Shown one piece after another: positions 35,978-47,046 of a DNA stretch of 51,132 bases. A program made the position numbers and the translations under genes. Below the pieces are notes generated by a model that was not told where the DNA came from, ran no database searches, and was given only the letters and a program-made list of their open reading frames with translations. Origin of the DNA: Sphaeroforma arctica JP610 (Eukaryota); NCBI RefSeq assembly GCF_001186125.1, contig NW_014040211.1, positions 1 through 51,132 of the forward strand, written 5' to 3'. The first letter of the stretch is position 1, and each line of letters starts with the position of its first letter.

Positions 35978-37002
35978 GTACCTATTACTCGGTCAAACGT
36001 ACATATATAGCTTATATAGGTTAACAAGAGAATATTACACTACGATACGTGTAATTTAGCATAAAGTATAAAGATGAGCAACGTTAATAGATAGTTATAA
36101 TTGTGTGGTCTTGTCAGATTTCTGATATGTTACTCAACCATATATATATATATATATATAGTGTGTGTTTGTGTATTTATATTTATATGTAGACATACGG
36201 ATATTTAGTTGTATTTGTGTTTAAATAGATGTTTGTCTGTCTGTTTATATATATGTATATATTTATGCTTGTCTGTATATATGTCATTTTACATACACAT
36301 ATGTCTTATTTACATATACATCCAAATATATATATACGTATATACATACACATAGACATACATAGACAGTTCTTTGTGTGCGTTCCTATGTGCGCATGTA
36401 TACAGATATGTGCTCATCCATACGTGCTCGTGTGTTTATGCATATGTGTGTACATACATAAACTCTCATATTCTTTTCATTTACATGTGTGTGTGTGTAT
36501 TTATATATTGTATTTACGTACATAAATATGACGTGTATGTGCATATTTTTTACAGATGTGTCATATACATAATATATATATATATGGTATTGATATTTCA
36601 ACTAGAAAATAATTCCTTCCTGTCGTGTGTATCTATATAAGCTACGTGGATACAGCCATTGGCATTACATTCGATTTTTGCGCATGAGAGTCTGCGAGAA
36701 CCCGAGAGTGTCAGGCTGCTAGCTCCATCACCCCAATTCACAAATACTGAACAAGGCACATTGTTGCTCACGCCTGCGTACCACATATTATAGTGTGTTC
36801 GGAAGCTAAAGATTTTTAATATCCCATAAGGCCCACGATACTAATTCGCTAATAACAGGTGCTGACCAACCCATATGTGCACAACTGTGCAGTATCGAAG
36901 TCTTCAAGCATGTTATAATAGTTTTTAGAAGTTGAGCAACAGTTGGATAAAAGTACAACAAGAAATGAAAGATACGAATTTGGGATTACAGCCAAAGTGA
37001 AC

Positions 37003-38695
37003 TGTTATGAAAAATTCTAGCAAACTTTGAAACTAGAGCGCAATGAAATGGACCGTTGAATAACAATATTTATTCGAGTTTAATCCTCAGCTGTAAACCC
37101 AAAACGAGACCAGATCCTGAAAATATACATTACGAAAAGGTGAGAACAAAATCTGGTCTGGTTCTGGGTTCTTCCAATCCCTATTAGATATGAGAGTGAA
37201 ATTTCCGGGCCGCAACTTTGCGAGCCGGGTTCGCTAATGCGACCGGTGTACTTGGACTCGACACCTGTCCTAACTCACTTATGAACAGGTCCGTTTCATC
37301 TCGCTCTCAAATTAAAGTAGGATGGGGTAGGCTAATTCTAGAGTCGACGACGTTTACTTCCATAGCAACGACACTTTGTTGAAGTAGGGCTGGCTGGGGG
37401 ATTGCTACCCTTCTGAGTTTTGAACGCCTTGAAAGCGGTTCAAACATGACCTCGGCGTCGAAGCCTTAGCAGCATAGCCAGTGCCATTAGTGAAAGCCTT
37501 GAAACCTCAATACAACCATCTGAAGATGAAGAACATTGATCCCACCGTCTGCGAGTACCGACTCACGACAATGACATAAAATGTTAAAAATAACAGCTGT
37601 TTTGAAGAAGAAGAAAAATAGGAGTACTTTACTTCTTTAACATTCGGGTACCACTTCCGGGAAGAGGGGTGTATCACCCCGCTCCCCGGATGTAGTACTT
37701 TTATACGAGAATGCTTGGCATTTTTCGCATGTAAGGACGTATATCATGCTCATAATATTCATCTTTATTTCTTTGTACATTATATGTTACAAGCGTGGAC
37801 CAGCTATAACCCCTCATTTACATCTTCACGAGGAAGATGGCCGATGATAGACTAGACGATCGAGAACAGAACGGCGGCAATTCGATCCTTTTAGAGATTG
37901 GACGAGCAAGACAAACTCGTCGAGAAATCAAGGCGACCGGATATTGTTCCAGGCTCCGAAGAAGCCAGCGTATATCAGCTAGAATAACCGTTAGGTGACG
38001 TCTCCTCAGACAGTCATCTTCGCCAAACTTTGCGAGCCGGGTTCGCTAATGCGACCGGTGTACTTGGACTCGACACCTGTCCTAACTCACTTATGAACAG
38101 GTCCGTTTCATCTCGCTCTCAAATTAAAGTAGGATGGGGTAGGCTAATTCTAGAGTCGACGACGTTTACTTCCATAGCAACGACACTTTGTTGAAGTAGG
38201 GCTGGCTGGGGGATTGCTACCCTTCTGAGTTTTGAACGCCTTGAAAGCGGTTCAAACATGACCTCGGCGTCGAAGCCTTAGCAGCATAGCCAGTGCCATT
38301 AGTGAAAGCCTTGAAACCTCAATACAACCATCTGAAGATGAAGAACATTGATCCCACCGTCTGCGGCTGTCTTATTGCATCTCTATAAGCTCTGTCGTTA
38401 TTTTAGCATCAGCTGGTAGGTCGAACTGTCAAGCATCAAGTCAACATGGTAAACATTCAAATGGCTCGCAAGTGAGTCCAAGGCTATTCACATCCGCACC
38501 AAGTAAATCCAGCGGCGACAATAACAAGTCCAGGGATGTAGTCTCAACGCGCCCGATGTGACTCATGGCACGATGTCTGTCGGCAACGAAATTTTGGTCG
38601 TAAGATGAAACAGATTGGTTGTTCTCAACACAGGCTATATCAGCGGTAGTAGCCATCACATCTGGATCCGATGAGAGACAATCATACTTCCGGCG
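37003..38695 (+). repeat. Left arm of a long inverted repeat, with an internal 340-bp direct duplication (37214-37553 = 38026-38365)
   Basis: 37023-37553 and 38026-38695 match the reverse complement of 48787-49656 closely. Both arms begin TGT(A/T)...ATGAAAAAT. Confidence 0.9.
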
Positions 38696-38698
38696 TCA

Positions 38699-40988
38699 AT
38701 GGGTGTCACACAGTCATCTGCAAAGGCAGCATACATTAGTGATAAGACTCGCTCACAAAAGGCATATACACCTGAAGTATTCAAGCACTTGCAGGAAGCA
38801 AACAAGAATGAACACGAATTGGCATTGTCCAAAGCATATCTTCCTCCCCCGCCGCCGAAATCCGTTCCAAGACCCCCCAACGATCCTAAGAAAACGGATG
38901 TGGATCTCTAGCCACTGTACTTATCTGTTCGATCCGAGGCAAAAACATGGAGAAAGCACCAGGCCAGCAAACGGCTACTACAGAATATCAAGTATGGGGT
39001 TCGACCCACATGGAACGAATTAGGACCTCCAGCGAAGAATCTGACAGGCTCATGGATATCGAACCCGGAAGTAACGGATTTGATGAGCCAGACCGAACTA
39101 ACCAGGTTAGCATCGCAAGGGGTAATTCGGAAATATCCCGAATCAGAGGCTTACTTGATTCATCGCGCCTTCATGGTCCTGAAATCCGACGGCATTCGCG
39201 CCCGCCTGATTCTCGACCCCAAATCTATCAACTTGCACGCAGAGAAGTCTAGATTCCGAGCCGAAGGATTGGACAAGCTTCATCAAGTAGCTCGTCGGAA
39301 GGATCTGGCGATGAGTACAGACTTTCAAAACGGTATTTACGCACTCGCCGTCGCCGAACCCAAACTACGGCGGTTCCGAGATCACTTGGGACAGCTTTGG
39401 TGCTTCATGGCACTGCCAATGGGGTATATGAATTCCCCACATTGCTTCAACAAATTGATGAATGTATTTCGTCGGATCTGCCACAAACGACACATAAGAA
39501 TAAATGAAGTTGCGATGTTGTACTATTCTGCTTCTGGGCTCCAGGCGCAGAATAGTAAAACATCGCAACTTCATTCAGCTAGTCGTGGACTCCCTTGGAC
39601 TGCAGCTAGCGAAGGCAAGGGTCATTGGCTGACGCCAGTGACTCGGTTGATCTACCTTGGGTTAATTATCGACCTCCGCGCGAACACGCTCGAACTGACC
39701 CCTGTTTTCAAAGATAAAATGAACTCCCATACAGCGGCAATAGTCAGCAATGCATTACGCAACCAACGCCAAATACGAACCAAATTGTGGCAATCCTACC
39801 TCGAATGTCTTCATTGGGCGAGTTTCGCAATTTTGAATCTGAGACCCTTTCTAGCCGATCTACAGCGATCCACGGATTGGAGCAAATGAACTAAGCTCCG
39901 ACTCTCTGGAGCGTAATTGAGTAAACTAGAAGAAAAAAAATACTCTTCTGGTGGAGCTCTTCCATCCCCGATCAATATGGTTACCACAAGCCAATACGGA
40001 TTTGACCTCGGATGCCAGCAAAATAGAGTATGAAGCAAAAATTCACTTCAACAACAAGACCCACACATTTTCCGGGTAATGGAGTCCTCGCGAAGTACTC
40101 AGGCCAATTTCAGTTTTGGAACTGAAAGCACTAGTGCTAGGCTTAGAATACTTCCACACCCATCAATTGATCACCAGCCGGACGCACCTTCTGATGCTAA
40201 CCGACTCCAGCACGGCCTTTCATGCCTTGAGAAAGCGCCGGAGTCAATCTAAGTTGATGAATGCACAGTTACGATGACTCACATGGTACTGCCACAACCA
40301 GCAGATTCACTGGCCAGTGGCCTTGGGCTACCTTCCAGGGAAATTATTGTGGGCATGCGACGACCTTTCGAGAGTGGTGGTCTGTTGCGTTATCATTAGA
40401 CCGCCCGTGCCACTACACTACACACATCAGCTTTACCTCCGATGGGCAGTAGCCCTACCCCCCTCCAAGCGCACGTACGATGCCGGACACGTATTACCTG
40501 GACTTAGCGTTTCAAGTTCACCTTCATACGTTGCTCCCTTTCCAACCCAAATGGAAACAGAACGTTCCGCTGATCGCCGCGCCGGATGCTCTCCTGGGAG
40601 AAGTACTGTTGAAAGTCGATGCTCAATTACAACCGGCAGTGCTGATAGTTCCCTATTGGACACGGGCAATATGGTGGGCGAATATACTTCATCACATGGT
40701 GGATTACGCTTTACTTCCGCTTGGATCCGTCCACTATCCAGTCGACGTTCAACATGTCCTAGGGCGAAGCCTGCCTCCATCACTGTTTTACGACCCTTCG
40801 CACGGAAGCGATTTGTTGTGCCCTCCGTTAGACGTGAACCGAATCGTGACCTCCCCCGGGTGGTACCAAGAGCACGCGCGAAACGAGTGACCATCCGACA
40901 GAGCATGTCTGCGGATGCTATTACTCAATCTATTCTGGATGGTGGACTCGAGCCCAATACGAAAACCAGCTATGCGCGCGCTATGTGA
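38699..40988 (+). mobile_element. Decayed DIRS-type (tyrosine recombinase) retrotransposon: gag-like, RT, RNase H, MT-like domain, start of YR
   Basis: RT: AFMVLKSDG.RARLILDPKSIN...DFQNGIY...FMALPMGYMNSPHCF...YLGLIIDL, with YxDD not intact. RNase H at about 40080-40372: ISVLELKALVLGL..F...LTDSSTA..ALRK...YLPGK....DDLSR. MT-like: LLGEVLLKV....AVLIVPYW.RAIWW. YR N-terminus: SILDGGLEPNTKTSYARAM, cut at about 40990. There are several in-frame stops. Confidence 0.85.
39080..39889 (+). pseudogene. DIRS-type reverse transcriptase, degenerate
   Basis: RT motifs RLILD, LPMG..NSP and YLGL are present. The YxDD region is disrupted and the frame ends prematurely. Confidence 0.85.
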
Positions 40989-41026
40989 TATGTAATAAGC
41001 CGGGCCTCCACATTAGACTCTATGTT

Positions 41027-41212
41027 ATAAACGTACTCTTAAGCAGTACGTAAATTATAAACGTACTCTTAATAGTACGAGGAACTTAAGTTTCATAAAT
41101 GTACTCTTAATAGTACGAGAAACTTAAGTTTCCTAACTGTACTCTTAATAGTACGAGGAACTTAAGTTTCCTAAATGTACTTTTAATAGCACGAGGAACT
41201 TAAGTTTCCTAA
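41027..41212. repeat. ~39-bp tandem repeat built from two palindromes
   Basis: The unit is gtactcttaatagtac plus gaggaacttaagtttcct, in about 4-5 copies. Confidence 0.9.
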
Positions 41213-43757
41213 AATGGCTTTTAATGGTTTTATTAATTAATACCTTTTCCATTTTACATATCCGATATTTGGACGAGGCCATTAAAAGGCCTCAGTAAAA
41301 TACCAAGCATAAGAGTTGGTCTAGTTCTATTAATTGAACTATATTTACTTTCCAACTTTATTTATATCTGAATACTTCGGTAGCGAGATGGCTCAACCGA
41401 ATATAGGTTTCTAGGGACTATCAACGTTACCTAGTTGATCCTCCGATCAGCCAACCAGATGTGCCATTCTGATGAAGGCTAAGTCGGTAATTCTTGATAA
41501 GTGGCATGTTATTGCTTAAGATAATAACTAAGGACATCAAGAGTATTATTTTATTTTTTTCTTCTAAAGATAGGACTTTATGAGTCTCTCGGATTCGCCC
41601 CAATGAAACATACCATAGTTTCTAATAGAGCGACAACGAAACACTAAATAAAATTCCTTCGGCGGAAACAGTACTGAGAGGATTATATATAGGCAATGTC
41701 TCAGCCTCACAATCCCTCACAGTATTGCTGTTTTCACGAGGCATACCTAATTTTACTAAATGTCTTATTTCGTTCATCTACTTTGATATTTTCGCGATAC
41801 TTAGAATTTACCTACGTGTTTATTTATTCTAAGGCGTTAATATCGCCTTGAGAGACCGAATCTTACACATTTTAAAGTTAGCAAAGGTATTAACTACTTA
41901 GACTACTTAAACGTAAAGGTAGAAAACTACAACAATTTTTTCTTGTCCAAGCTAGTCCTTAAGAGACCAGCTAGCAGTCAGAATTTAAGATTATGACCAA
42001 GAAAGACAATACTTCTTCTAAGAAGCGTAGAGCTGAAAATAACATTTAACGCGACCGCAGAAGAGGACAATCAATCCGTAACCGAAATCATTGCTACTGG
42101 TATTAATAACCAGAAAAATACAACAGAGAAGGGTGAAGACACCACATTAAGAGAGATGTCCCCTGAAGTAAAAGCCCGCGGGCCAACTATTGCGTCTGCT
42201 TCGAAGCTTACGTTTACGAAGCCAAGAAGTCACGCAAAAGGATCGATTAAGACGATCCCTACTAAACCTGATGAGAACACTCAGAAGGATCTAACTCCAA
42301 TTACGGAGAAAGGAGACAACCCGCTTAAGGGAGAGGATGAGAAGGAAAGCTCAGAGAGCCGACCCGAATCAGAATCAAACCAGCCATCGCACATATGTAA
42401 GTTGATCGATGAGAACACTGAACTTAAGAATTAGTTAGCCACTCTTAAGAAGCGAATGACCTCGCAGGAAAAGGCGGTGGTTAAGAAACCGCGGGAGCAG
42501 ACCGATCAAGGGTACGTATCCCAGGCAGACCTCAAACGAGAGACCCCAATATACACGTCCACGTGAATCTACTCAATTTACACGCCCTGTTAAGAAGGTG
42601 CGTGCGGAGCACAAGGAACCTGCATACAAGCAAGTTAAGAAATGTGCTGATGAGAAATGTGGTTATAACATGTACCAGGTAACACCTAACGGCTACTGGA
42701 ACGGAAAGCATGCCCAATCTTGTAAACACTATCTTACAAAATGCGATAAATATGAGAAGACCAATGGCTACCACACTAAATCGTGTAACGTCAGACCCGA
42801 CATTAAGCTGGACTGACGATACTACCGGGTACAATCGTTACACAGACAGTACAACGACTCTTTAGATGAGCGTGTCATAATCCCTGTATATTGCAATGGA
42901 AATAAAATCCTTGCGTTGATTGATCCTGGTTCAGATATTTTATGTATATCCGATCGCTTTGCATTAATGAAAGATATCGAAAGGAGAACACAAACAACTC
43001 ACCTCATTTTAGCTGATGATAAAACTGCTAAGTGTGATACCATGGCCACAGATATTAAAATCTCCCTGGCCGATGATAGGAATATCACTACCCAAGCTGT
43101 GATAGTTAAGATGTCACANNNNNNNNNNNNNNNNNNNNNNNNNNNNNNNNNNNNNNNNNNNNNNNNNNNNNNNNNNNNNNNNNNNNNNNNNNNNNNNNNN
43201 NNNNNNNNNNNNNNNNNNNNNNNNNNNNNNNNNNNNNNNNNNNNNNNNNNNNNNNNNNNNNNNNNNNNNNNNNNNNNNNNNNNNNNNNNNNNNNNNNNNN
43301 NNNNNNNNNNNNNNNNNNNNNNNNNNNNNNNNNNNNNNNNNNNNNNNNNNNNNNNNNNNNNNNNNNNNNNNNNNNNNNNNNNNNNNNNNNNNNNNNNNNN
43401 NNNNNNNNNNNNNNNNNNNNNNNNNNNNNNNNNNNNNNNNNNNNNNNNNNNNNNNNNNNNNNNNNNNNNNNNNNNNNNNNNNNNNNNNNNNNNNNNNNNN
43501 NNNNNNNNNNNNNNNNNNNNNNNNNNNNNNNNNNNNNNNNNNNNNNNNNNNNNNNNNNNNNNNNNNNNNNNNNNNNNNNNNNNNNNNNNNNNNNNNNNNN
43601 NNNNNNNNNNNNNNNNNNNNNNNNNNNNNNNNNNNNNNNNNNNNNNNNNNNNNNNNNNNNNNNNNNNNNNNNNNNNNNNNNNNNNNNNNNNNNNNNNNNN
43701 NNNNNNNNNNNNNNNNNNNNNNNNNNNNNNNNNNNNNNNNNNNNNNNNNNNNNNNNA

Positions 43758-44026
43758 GGTGGTTTGAACTGGCTCAAAAGATATTTGGGCCACATACAGT
43801 TGACATGTTTGCTGCACATCATAATTCACAACTTAAGAATTACAGGACCTAAATCATCCTGTAGGAGATGCCTTGCAACTAGACCTCTCCAAACATAATG
43901 CGTGGGCAAATCCACCATGGCAGTTAATTGCTGAATTACTAAAATATGTTCATATACACAAAGCTACCATCACGGTGTGTTGCCCAATACGGAGTAAAGA
44001 TTCATGGCTCAATAAATTAATAAGCT
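43758..44026 (+). pseudogene. DIRS/Dam-type N6-adenine DNA methyltransferase domain fragment (copy 1)
   Basis: It reads RWFELAQKIFGPHTVDMFAAHHNSQLKNYRT, then a 1-nt frameshift near 43850, then DLSKHNAWANPPWQLIAELLKYV...ATITVCCP...SWLNKLIS. It is truncated at about 44026. Confidence 0.8.
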
Positions 44027-44663
44027 TAAGGTGGTACGGCCAATCATCTGCATCATCCGTTAATGTAGTACGCAAGAAGAACTTAAGTCTTCTATGGCGC
44101 GTTTCATTCGCGCCTTGCGTTTGCGGCTTATATGGCACACTTCTCTTATGGCATATGCCTGATACGAGTACTAGCGATTCCATTATGTCATCGCGGAACT
44201 CACTACCGTTATCAGTGCACATATTACCCGGCCACCCGTGGTCAGCAAAGACTTGGCAACATAATTCTGCCACGGTCTGCATATTCTTATCCTTCAATGG
44301 ATAGAGCAAGTTATACCGTGACGCCACATCAAAAAAGTGGCATACGTAACGGTCGCCTATGTGCTTGGACGTAGGCAGGTCAACCAGATCAATGATGACC
44401 CTGCGCCATGGAACATTTTCAGTCACACTCTTAAGCGGTTCCAACCAATAGCGCTTGATCTGATTGAGATCACAGTCTGTACATGACTGATATACTTTGT
44501 CAACTAAAGTTGCCAGCTTAGGGTGCGCGAAACCATTTTGCTTAGCATCTTTAAGTGCGTCTACTACGTTCTGGTGCTTCAGCTTATGGTTTTGCGTCAG
44601 CCAAGTAAGAATGTTTTCATCATTCTGCTCTTCCAGAATAAACGTAGTGTGTCGAGAATCCAC
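44027..44663 (-). pseudogene. Retroviral-type (rve) integrase with HHCC zinc finger and DD35E core, C-terminally truncated
   Basis: Zinc finger H-KLK-H...C-TD-C. Core PWRRVIIDLVD...DVASRY...TDNGSEF...PYKPQTQGANE, with exactly 35 residues between the second D and the E. Confidence 0.93.
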
Positions 44664-44849
44664 TTGCGTGGTCTCTAAGTCTGTAGTGTTTCCAGACTCC
44701 TGTCCTTCTTTTGCGTGAGTGTCATGAGTGCACTCGTGTGCGTTTTATACACCTGACTTATTTAATAGTCGTATTATATGTGTATATGCTTCGGGATTAT
44801 CTTTCATTAATCCCTTTAAAAATAGGATTTGAAAGACTTCGGGCTTGAA

Positions 44850-45433
44850 CTATGTGTTATTAAACAGAGTCCTAGCTAGAGACTGACGCTTCTTAACTGT
44901 AGTGTCATTAGTAAATTGTATTTCTTGTGCACAGACTTCAAGTGCTGTGTTGCCTTTGAACTGCTTAACGTTCAAACTAGTGGAGAGTGGAATCTCCGAT
45001 TCTTTGACCTTGTTAAAGAAGGTCTCAGAAGGCGTCCATTTGGTTGTTCCAATGAAACCTATACGACATATTATAGTATGTCTCCAGGGCGTCTTCTGGA
45101 CGGCTCGGGTACCCTGATATTTGAAAGTATCTACTTCCCTATTTAAATATATTGGCTCGCATTGTATCATGCTTATCAATTTATTGAGCCATGGATCTTT
45201 ACTCTGTAATGGGCAACACAACGTGAAGTTAGCTTTATGTATATGAACATAATTTAATAGCTGGACAATTACCTGCCATGGTGGATTAGCCCACGCATTA
45301 TGTTTGGAGAGGTCTATTTGAAAGGCGTCTCCCAAAGGATGATTTAAAGTCCTGTATTTCGATAGTTGTGCACTATGATGTGCAGCAAACATATCTATGG
45401 TATGTGGCCCAAATATCTTTTTGAGCCAGTTCA
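44850..45433 (-). pseudogene. DIRS/Dam-type N6-adenine DNA methyltransferase domain (copy 2), in frame with the downstream integrase
   Basis: It reads FGPHTIDMFAA (SAM-binding motif I-like)...GDAFQIDLSKHNAWANPPWQVI (motif IV NPPW)...FTLCCP...PWLNKL. It shares its frame with the integrase, separated only by a TAG at 44850-44852 and a TAA at 44745-44747. Confidence 0.85.
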
Positions 45434-46378
45434 CCCGGATGGATCTGAAATTCCCTATTTGCCACCTACTTCCTATGTGACTAAACTTTCTGATCTGCTT
45501 ACCAACAGAGCAGAAAATTCTTCGAGCTTACTTACTAATGAAGAACAACCTTTGGCTATTACCTTACCAAGTAATAAACGTAAAGCGCCTACATCGGAAA
45601 TGGTTACTGGATCAAATACTAAACGACATAGAGTACAACATGAGTCTTGAACTCGTACATATAAGCACATACTTACTCGATAAGCCATGACCGAAACCGT
45701 TTTACCTTGGGTTTGCTTTACGAACTAGATCGTACCTTCACGTACGTCCGTAGTCCTAAAAGCTACTGGGGGCTATGTAGAAATACGGCCTCTGGTCAGT
45801 CTAAAATATCAAGATCAAATGAGGCAACACATTGGTTTTTATTTGTATTTAAAATAATTTAATACAAGTTCTTTTTCCAAATTTCTAAAGTGTTCTAAAT
45901 TCCCTTTGATGGCTCCAATAGCCTGAGTATTTGGTATGACTCATTTACTTGGACCTATTTGAGACGATAATAGATGTAGGATATTCTAAACTAAATTTTA
46001 TAATCTCTGAACTGTTACTTACAGGTTTTGGTCTTCCCGCCAATCTCCAAAATCCAATAAGTCTTTTTCTTTTTTTAACTTTTCTTCAGATGGAACTTTA
46101 TTTATTTTAGCTAATGTATTAACTTGACTTGCGTTCTTATGTCTATCTACAAATTAGACGTGTGGTCATGAATACTTAGTACTTCTAGTATTATTTTTTT
46201 CTCAATAAAGTACAGCTAGAGATACGTCCTGTGTAATCGAGGATATTAAGGCTCTTACCAAGAGGCAGTCCCAATCATTCTTACACAAGCTACTACTGCT
46301 AAATCCTAACTGATTTAAATTGTATCTTAATTTATATAGCATAGCTTCAAACATAAAAATATATCCATCGAAATTTAC

Positions 46379-46751
46379 ACCCATTGAAGCCTGAATCTGT
46401 CCTAAGCTTCGGTGGTCACATGTCAGTCACGTAATCCCATTGTGAATACATTTGGTTGGTACAAAATAAACGTGTAAAACTTCCTTTCACAGTATATTCT
46501 GATCAACCAAGCGGACTAGTACCAAGTTCTCGTCTCGCATTTGCCCCGTGTCTCGCAGGCCAATGCCCTTGAAGACATGAATTTGATTCCGTACACGGCT
46601 GCACCATGGGGATGACGTGTAAACCTAGGTCTATCCCAAGCTTGGGTTACCATCGTATAACCCATTGAAATCTGAATCTGTCCTAAGCTTCGGTGGTCAC
46701 TTGTCAATCACGTAATTACATTGTGCATACATTTAGTTGGTTCAAAATAAA
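46379..46751. repeat. ~90-bp direct repeat pair (46379-46471 and 46660-46751)
   Basis: The sequence cccattgaa..ctgaatctgtcctaagcttcggtggtcac...aaaataaa occurs twice. Confidence 0.85.
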
Positions 46752-46940
46752 ACTATAAAACAACGAATGTTCAACAGTTTACGAAAAATAGTCGCATAAC
46801 GGCCAATCATAACCGCTTGACAACTATTCTTACTTTCAATTCGCGTTGAGCATAGTTTCCGAATTCCAACAATGTTTTTTTTTCTCGCTTTATTTTATTT
46901 TTCTTCCGAGTGTGTTGGCAACTTTGCATTTGGCAACTTA

Positions 46941-47046
46941 GCATCATATGGTGTTGGTATCATATAGTGTTGGTATCATATAGTGTTGGTATCATATAGT
47001 ATTGGTCTCATATAGTGTTGGTATCATATAGCGTTGGCATCATATA
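46941..47046. repeat. 16-bp tandem repeat (gtgttggtatcatata)
   Basis: About 6 copies. Confidence 0.9.

Larger units (their letters stand above)
40991..44026 (+). mobile_element. Ty3/Gypsy-like LTR retrotransposon, 5' part (putative LTR/leader, gag-like, aspartic protease, gap, MTase fragment), inserted into the DIRS YR
   Basis: It begins TGTAATAA exactly where the YR frame breaks. A degenerate gag at about 41994-42820 has Cys/His knuckle-like clusters. The retropepsin reads VYCNGNKILALIDPGSDILCIS (about 42870-43118). After the gap comes the MTase-like WFELAQKIFGPHTVDMFAA...AWANPPW. Confidence 0.7.

Noticed and set aside
37515..37545. CUGAAGA hammerhead core in the 340-bp repeat
   Set aside because: There is no stem II/GAAA or closing stems in the required topology.
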